DNA from: Phoronis australis
Lineage: Eukaryota; Animalia; Phoronida
Length of the DNA: 64,000 nucleotides
Assembly: GCA_002633005.1 (NCBI GenBank)
Contig: NMRA01000682.1
Location: 144,148-208,147 of the forward strand
Direction: 5' to 3'
Under the pieces are notes generated by a model that saw only the letters and a program-made list of their open reading frames with translations, ran no database searches and had not been told where the DNA came from. The translations under genes and the position numbers were made by a program. This document shows, one piece after another, positions 62,520-64,000 of the stretch (positions are counted from its first letter, which is position 1; every line of letters starts with the position of its first letter).

Positions 62520-63439
62520 TGTACCAAGAAAGTTTCCTACCGCAACCAATTCCACACACGTTATATAGAAGATGAACGAGTTATAAAACGGATCACCCAT
62601 AGTAATGTTAAGACCTTTAGCCAGAAGATAGCCTTTCGTGAACTATATATTACAAAACCATAAAACTAAAGATCTTGTGGTTAAAAACAATATGTGCACA
62701 AAGTCGGCACGAATGATAGCCAAAACTGACTCGATTTATCAGTTCAAGTGCCCTCACATCGAATGTATTCGTTCAAACACTGACTGCTCAAGGTATGTTG
62801 GTTATACAACTTGCACTTTATCTCGCCGGTTATCTATGTATTTACAAAATGGATCCCTTAAAGATCACTTTCAAACACTCCACAAACAGAAATTTTCTGG
62901 TTCAGATATTGTTGACAATACCATCGTCAGGTATTACGAACGTGACTCATTTCGTTTGAAAATTCTCGAAGCTTTAATAATTAAAACTGAAACTCCTTAC
63001 ATAATTTCCCAAGATACTGGGTTCCATCGTACCTTGTCGTAAATAGTGTAACACATAGTATGTATTTCATTAAATTTTACAGCGTTTTATAGAACATTAA
63101 TTCCCATAACAATTCCTTCTGTAATTGCGCTCTTACATACAGTATTCGTATTTAATGTCATTGTTCTTGTTCCATGTAACATACACGATAGCCTATATGA
63201 TTTTAAATTTATTTGCCTTGGATAACTGAAGTCTAGTCGAAGTACAGCAACTATATTATTATGAAATGTTTTGTACAGTGTTTATTTTATATATACTCAT
63301 ATATTTGTGTTCGTGATGCCACTTACACTGGTGATCTACTATTTCAACTGCCATCTAAAGAAAGACATTCATGTAGACACTGCAAAAGTTTGTTGAACAA
63401 ACTATCAAAGGCCAAGAACAGCTTACTTTTCAATGAAAC

Positions 63440-63440
<1 letters not shown>
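62520..63440 (+). mobile_element. Penelope-like element 3' end (GIY-YIG endonuclease and pseudo-LTR), decayed
   Basis: IYQFKCP...C...YVGYTTCTLSRRL...H...H...LKILEALII...P is the PLE GIY-YIG signature. Downstream LLFQLPSKER...KLSKAKNSLLFNET resembles a repeated PLE ORF start. Ends in (TA)n. Confidence 0.8.
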
Positions 63441-63505
<65 letters not shown>

Positions 63506-63521
63506 GTATATATATATATAT
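63440..63521. repeat. (TA)n microsatellite
   Basis: Seen directly. Confidence 0.95.
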
Positions 63522-64000
63522 TGTATTTGGGGACGATCAGAAGCTGAAGACCCTGTGGGTGAAACAGCCATGAATCAGCATCACTCATCTGATTTTTGAC
63601 TGGTGAAGAATTGACCTATGTTCACTGTGTCATTGTGACCATGGCTGGGAACTCATAAATTTTCGAATCTGAATTTAAAATTTCAAGTTTTTGCTCGAAA
63701 ACGTAGCTTGAATCTAAGGATTTTCGCACACAACTAAAACAATAATTTTTAAAAGAATTTCGAGTTGAAAGATTAAAGGCCTATGGTCCGAGTTATAGAA
63801 GAAAAAAACTCTTAACGCCGTTTAAGCCGGTTTTTTGATGTGACATGGAGTTCAAAAAGTTATTAACTTTCAACTTGTTCAAAAAGTTTGAAAAAATCGT
63901 TGTAAATACTACAAACGAATGAATTGTTTACAAAGAATTTAGTATCCCGACCGCTAAACAGATTATAAACATTACAACAACGCATGCGCAGCCACAGATC

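Overview
AT-rich, repeat-dense eukaryotic DNA with spliceosomal introns and two assembly gaps; the repeat families suggest a marine invertebrate, possibly a lophotrochozoan (inference). Most ORF-track entries are not real genes. One host gene can be rebuilt by hand on the minus strand from seven GT-AG exons with matching phases (55182 to 28716). It encodes the C-terminal ~344 aa of a zona pellucida (ZP)-domain membrane protein: ZP-N, ZP-C, furin site KRRRR, transmembrane helix and an NPVY tail. Its 5' exon was not found. The rest is mostly decayed mobile DNA: a fragmented HERO-type non-LTR element, an L1/Tx1-type LINE, other RT fragments, a Penelope-like GIY-YIG remnant, THAP-bearing Kolobok-like DNA transposons, MITEs, tRNA-derived SINEs and nested Helitron/Helentron-type non-autonomous elements. 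Most striking: (1) a tRNA-headed element flanked by inverted arms that each carry a Penelope-type hammerhead ribozyme (2072-2457), a candidate Penelope-mobilised SINE, with a second family of similar design; (2) apparent paired loss of the ZP-C Cys5-Cys7 disulfide; (3) an ordered self-nested stack of Helentron-type elements.
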